A DNA stretch of 64,000 nucleotides from positions 3,286,001-3,350,000 of the forward strand of contig OZ374557.1 of assembly GCA_977862235.1 (NCBI GenBank), in the 5' to 3' direction. Source of the stretch: Dudresnaya verticillata. Lineage: Eukaryota. Below, in pieces: positions 59,901-64,000 of this stretch (the first letter of the stretch is position 1; every line of letters begins with the position of its first letter). The translations under genes and the position numbers were made by a program. The notes under the pieces are model-generated. The model did no database searches. It was given only the letters and a program-made list of their open reading frames with translations, and was not told the DNA's origin.

Positions 59901-61380
59901 GATCCCGTGTTACTCGCCCACGAATGGCTCTCCGACTGGGACTCCGAGTGGTCCCGTGGCCCCGACTTCGTGATCCGCAACCCGCAGCCCGAATAACGCC
60001 TACGCCCACTCGAGTTGCGCGGCACCCGCAGCTCATTACCCGAATGGCCCGGCGCCCCACTACGTTCTTGCATCACGTGCTGATTGCGCAAGTGCTCATT
60101 TCGATTAACCCGGAGCATACGTTTGCATGATACCGCTACATGCCTCTCGTGGCCCAACTTCGTGATACTCGTCTCCGTATTTCGCGACGCGCCTTCGTCG
60201 CGCACAACCACAGCCCCGACACACACGGATGCCTCGGAGCAGATGGCCGCCACCCCCCACATGACGCTACCGTAGCTGCACACTTTCGATGGCACGCGAC
60301 GTACGCCAACGCAGCCCTCGGCGGCATCATGAAGCCCTCTCCGCATCACCGTATCCGCGAGCGCTCACCGATTCGTTCGTCACGATGCCCACACGAAGTC
60401 GCTTCTCACGCCGTCGGAAGCGTTCCGCGGTATAGCGATGGGCGCGCCCACCGCTGCGGCGGTGGACACAAACTGTGCCCCCCGAGCTTCGTGATATTCG
60501 ACACTAGCTCACCCGCGCACACGGTTGCACCGCGGCACTCGCATTACAGGAGCTGAAACCGTGACGAACGGACACGGTGAACTATACGTTACTTGTCATA
60601 CGCGCATGACGTCATACTTCGAGGCCGATGCCACCCGCAACACGGACTTTGCCTTCGCAACCCGCGCATCACGCCAACGCCGCTCGATCGCTTGCCTCGG
60701 AGCAGCGCGGATGCCAACTCAACCCCTCGCTTGAGCCACGGAGCTCTCTCCTTTTTACGACGCACCTTCGACACGACCACGGAGTTCTCGACGTGCGCTC
60801 TACAACCGCTTGCCTCGGAGCTCTCTGACGTGTGCGCCTGCGCCCCGATGCGCACCCGAAGCAGCTCGCCCACGACAGCCCGGAGCTCACGCGAATTGCT
60901 CAGCGCGATCCTCGCCCCACCCGCACATCTCTCTGAGGAGCGCGTATCCGCAAACCACCACCCCCAAGAACGTCGACGCGGATGCCTTCGTCTTGAGGAG
61001 GGGGCCGTGCACGCAGATCTCACGAAGTCTCGATGACTCAACTCCTCGAAGGAAACACGCGTAATTTTATTCGTAATCAACGTCACACGCATCACGAAAA
61101 ACGAAGCCGCATCACGAACAAGTCCCAGATTAGCACACTTGAGCACGAAGCTCGTTTACGAGAAGCTACGAAGCTAAAGCTACGATTCTAACAGCTACAT
61201 GACCATCACTACGAGGCAAAAGAAGAGTCGAGAAAGAGAAAAACGTTTACTCGAGACGATACCACGAGACCGAGACCCCACCACCGTGAGCTCCGAGAAC
61301 AAGGAGTTCGATCCCGAAGACGAGAAACCACGCAGCTACGAAGCTAAAAGAATAAGCCTCGGTGCTACCACTACGTACAA

Positions 61381-62274
61381 CTACGAGCGACCATACGGGT
61401 TCGCGGAGTCGTAAGGTGGGTTATCACGAGGATCGTTTCCGTTTCCATCTCGAGTTACGCGAAGAAAGTTGGGCGCATACGGGTCCGATGTCTGCGATTG
61501 TCCGCGGTGACCATCGTAACCGTCGCCACCGCTGGATCCGAAGCCCGAAGAGCCTCCGGAGCCAGACCCGTAACGCGAAGCATCGTAACTCGGGTAACCA
61601 TAATCTTCGCGCCGACGCTTGCCGCCCAACGCGAGGTCTCGCACACGATGACGAGGGTCCGCTATCTCCGCATCCCGATCACGAAGCTGCCTACGAAGGC
61701 GACTCATCTCCGTGACCGCGCGAAGGAAGCTTCCACCGAGGTCGTCCAACAGCTGCCGAAGAGTCCCATCGGGGGAGATGCACGCTTCGCGACACGCATC
61801 GGTCACGGAGTCGAGAGTGCGAACATCGGTAGGACAGCGCATCTCCAGACTCGCGACCGAAGAACCCGAGGCGCTCGGCATCAACGAAAAGGCCCCAGTG
61901 CCGAGAGTTGACCCCGGAGTCAGCAAAGGCGAAACTGACGGTGCTACGGAACGAGGCACACGCGGCAACGGACCAACCTCGCCTCCGATGGCACGAACCG
62001 CGGCACTCGGATACGAAAACGGATCAATCGCGGACCACGCCCCCCTCGAGAAGGACGGTTGTGACGCCAATCGAACCAGGCACCGGAGACCACGTCGTGA
62101 CCGACCACTTGGGACTACTGTCCCGTCGGAAAATCGCGACGAGTCGACTGGAGCTCCCTCCGATCCGCAGCCTCGTTGGCAATCGCGAGTATCTTCGTGA
62201 ACGGCATCGTGCGATCCGAGCCTCGGAGGGAAAGATCCGGATACCCGCCATCCTCGGAGAACGACTTCGACCAA
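61381..62274 (-). CDS. Hypothetical protein fragment, probable C-terminal half of the antisense ORF (coiled-coil, KRRR, Gly/Ser/Tyr-rich tail)
   Basis: 297-codon frame overlapping the previous ORF; segment LRQLLDDL...SRLRRQLRDRDAEIAD. Confidence 0.4.
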   Translation of the reverse strand: MVEVVLRGWRVSGSFPPRLGSHDAVHEDTRDCQRGCGSEGAPVDSSRFSDGTVVPSGRSRRGLRCLVRLASQPSFSRGAWSAIDPFSYPSAAVRAIGGEVGPLPRVPRSVAPSVSPLLTPGSTLGTGAFSLMPSASGSSVASLEMRCPTDVRTLDSVTDACREACISPDGTLRQLLDDLGGSFLRAVTEMSRLRRQLRDRDAEIADPRHRVRDLALGGKRRREDYGYPSYDASRYGSGSGGSSGFGSSGGDGYDGHRGQSQTSDPYAPNFLRVTRDGNGNDPRDNPPYDSANPYGRS

Positions 62275-63422
62275 CGACCCCGAACGAAACTACGCAACGA
62301 AGCATCGAGCGCCCATACGTATTGACGCTGCGTGACATCAGAAATAAACGCGCGACCAAGGTCGAAGCGATATTCGGAATCCCGAAAACGCACGAAGCAC
62401 TTCTTCTTATGTTCCTCAAACAGGTCGACAACGAGACCGAAGTAACGAATCACCCTCGGAGGTGGCACAACTAAGCCCGCGGGGGCCCGAATACACGAGG
62501 TATCGAGCCAGAACGAACTCGGAAACATGCTCAGAGACACGCGATCATCGAGACGTGAATTAATATCCACGCGATCGGGCATCGAGCCCGCGCCACGAAA
62601 CAGAGCCCAGTCTCCGGCACCGATGTGCACTCCGAGGATGCGAGAAATCGAGTCTACGTGACGCCATGCGTTTTCCGCTGCGGACTCGAACTCCGGGTAA
62701 TCACGAAAGCGAGCAACCGCAACCACCGGAGAATCCACGGAGATACCCGCACCCGGTGCCAGGAGCACACGGGCACACGCATCTACGTAAGCAACCTCGT
62801 CGACCGTGGTCACGTAGGAGACGTCACACGGAAGGCCCATCGGAGTCGGATACACGGGGCCACGGGGCCAGAATACGTGAAAGACACCGGCTCCGTTATC
62901 ATCCCGACCCTCGCAAAGCGCACGAAAGCGAGCAATATCCGGACGAACACGGCCATCGCAGGCAGCAACCACTTCGTGAGTAGCTCCGGAGATCGCGAAC
63001 TCATCCCACGCGAAGTACAACTGCGCAGACGGAAGCCTCGGAGCACTCTCATTCTTTGACCCGAATTTCGGCGGACCCAACGAAGCACTTGGCTGCCAAC
63101 CCCCATTCGCGAATTGCGGATTCGAACCGCCCGAACTTACGTACGGAATACCGAGGTCCGCCGCACACGAAGGCCCCGAAGCGCCGATGTCCACCACGTG
63201 CGCAATCGCGAAAGTCCGTGGCACGTATTCATCGGAGTCAGCCGCAGGGCCAGCGATATTCGATGAAGGACCCGAAGCCCTCGGAGGCACCGCAATATCC
63301 CGCGTAGGCTCCGAGGCATCACGTTCCGCGGCAGCAGCGAGCTCACCCTCGAGGCGACGACGAGTCGCATCGACGCGCTCTTCATGGGACTCGGTTCCCT
63401 TCTCGAACCCCTTGTCTACCAT
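62115..63422 (-). CDS. Hypothetical protein antisense to the gypsy pol (likely ATG at 63422, MVDKGFEKG...), probably frameshifted into 61381-62274
   Basis: Open frame of more than 1.3 kb with globular-looking composition; no recognised family. Confidence 0.5.
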   Translation of the reverse strand: MVDKGFEKGTESHEERVDATRRRLEGELAAAAERDASEPTRDIAVPPRASGPSSNIAGPAADSDEYVPRTFAIAHVVDIGASGPSCAADLGIPYVSSGGSNPQFANGGWQPSASLGPPKFGSKNESAPRLPSAQLYFAWDEFAISGATHEVVAACDGRVRPDIARFRALCEGRDDNGAGVFHVFWPRGPVYPTPMGLPCDVSYVTTVDEVAYVDACARVLLAPGAGISVDSPVVAVARFRDYPEFESAAENAWRHVDSISRILGVHIGAGDWALFRGAGSMPDRVDINSRLDDRVSLSMFPSSFWLDTSCIRAPAGLVVPPPRVIRYFGLVVDLFEEHKKKCFVRFRDSEYRFDLGRAFISDVTQRQYVWALDASLRSFVRGRWSKSFSEDGGYPDLSLRGSDRTMPFTKILAIANEAADRRELQSTRRDFPTGQ

Positions 63423-64000
63423 CGCGCGCAGAATACGTGACACGAAGTTGACCGTAACGCAACCCACGGAGGAAGCGCAACACTTGCCCCAACACCGAGA
63501 CTCCCAACCCAAAACCGACCACCGCAAACCACCGAGGCCAACGAAGCAACAATACGAACGCCACGGAGCGGAGCGAACGATGCGAGAAGAGACGCGCACG
63601 GACGCAACAGCGCAACACGCAAAAGCCAACGGAAGACGCAAGAAACCGAAATCCAAGGAGCTGAAACGAGTTATATGTGTGCGATGACCGGAGAAGCAAG
63701 AGGCTCGGACCCAGCGCAACACGAAGTTGAAATAACCCACGCGGCTCGCGCCCCGTCTCCGTAATCCGCGCGCGCACGCGTCGACGGACGACGCCGAAGC
63801 TTTAACCCGTTCTACGTACCCGAAATATCTTCGTGATTAGCCAATACGAAGCCGCCATCGCACACGTGATCCGAATTCAAATTCGTAAGCCCCAAGGCAC
63901 CGCTGCGCGATGACGTGAGCTCGATGTGGTGAAGTGAGCCGTGGCGCGCATGCGGCACGCCGACGGCGAGCCAACCGTAACGGGTGATGTGGCAATACGC

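Noticed and set aside
59864..60349. Cys/His-rich minus-strand ORFs as a zinc-finger gene
   Set aside because: Spacing does not fit a canonical finger; short overlapping ORFs are expected in GC-rich decayed sequence.
63975..64000. Possible start of the gypsy 3' LTR (TGTGGCAATACGC)
   Set aside because: At the window edge with no clear PPT or partner LTR to confirm it.

Overview
Eukaryotic repeat DNA with no host genes. Bases 1-58703 consist entirely of one young Ty1/copia LTR-retrotransposon family. Its unit is about 7.2-7.4 kb: LTRs TGTTG...TTTCA of 992, 1033 or 1074 bp, a 936-nt leader, and a single 1440-aa Gag-PR-IN-RT-RNaseH ORF. I resolve about 13 copies (labelled A-L and X), and every copy except the outermost is inserted into another copy of the same family. 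The nesting is: degenerate chromodomain Ty3/gypsy > I > G > H > B > C, with A and D in H, E and F in G, J in I, K and L in J, and X in the 3' LTR of B. Five insertions have matching 5-bp TSDs (ACATA, TGTGG, CCAAT, CCCAC, TTCTC). Three copies (C, F, L) have intact ORFs. There is also a solo LTR, a gag-only deletion derivative and several non-canonical junctions. The family uses a half-tRNA(iMet) primer site of the Drosophila copia/Ty5 type. Bases 58704-64000 are the founder target: a decayed gypsy integrase-chromodomain followed by a long antisense ORF of unknown function. The main hypothesis (inference) is a self-targeting copia family building a centromere- or heterochromatin-like nested array. 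The host species cannot be determined from the sequence.
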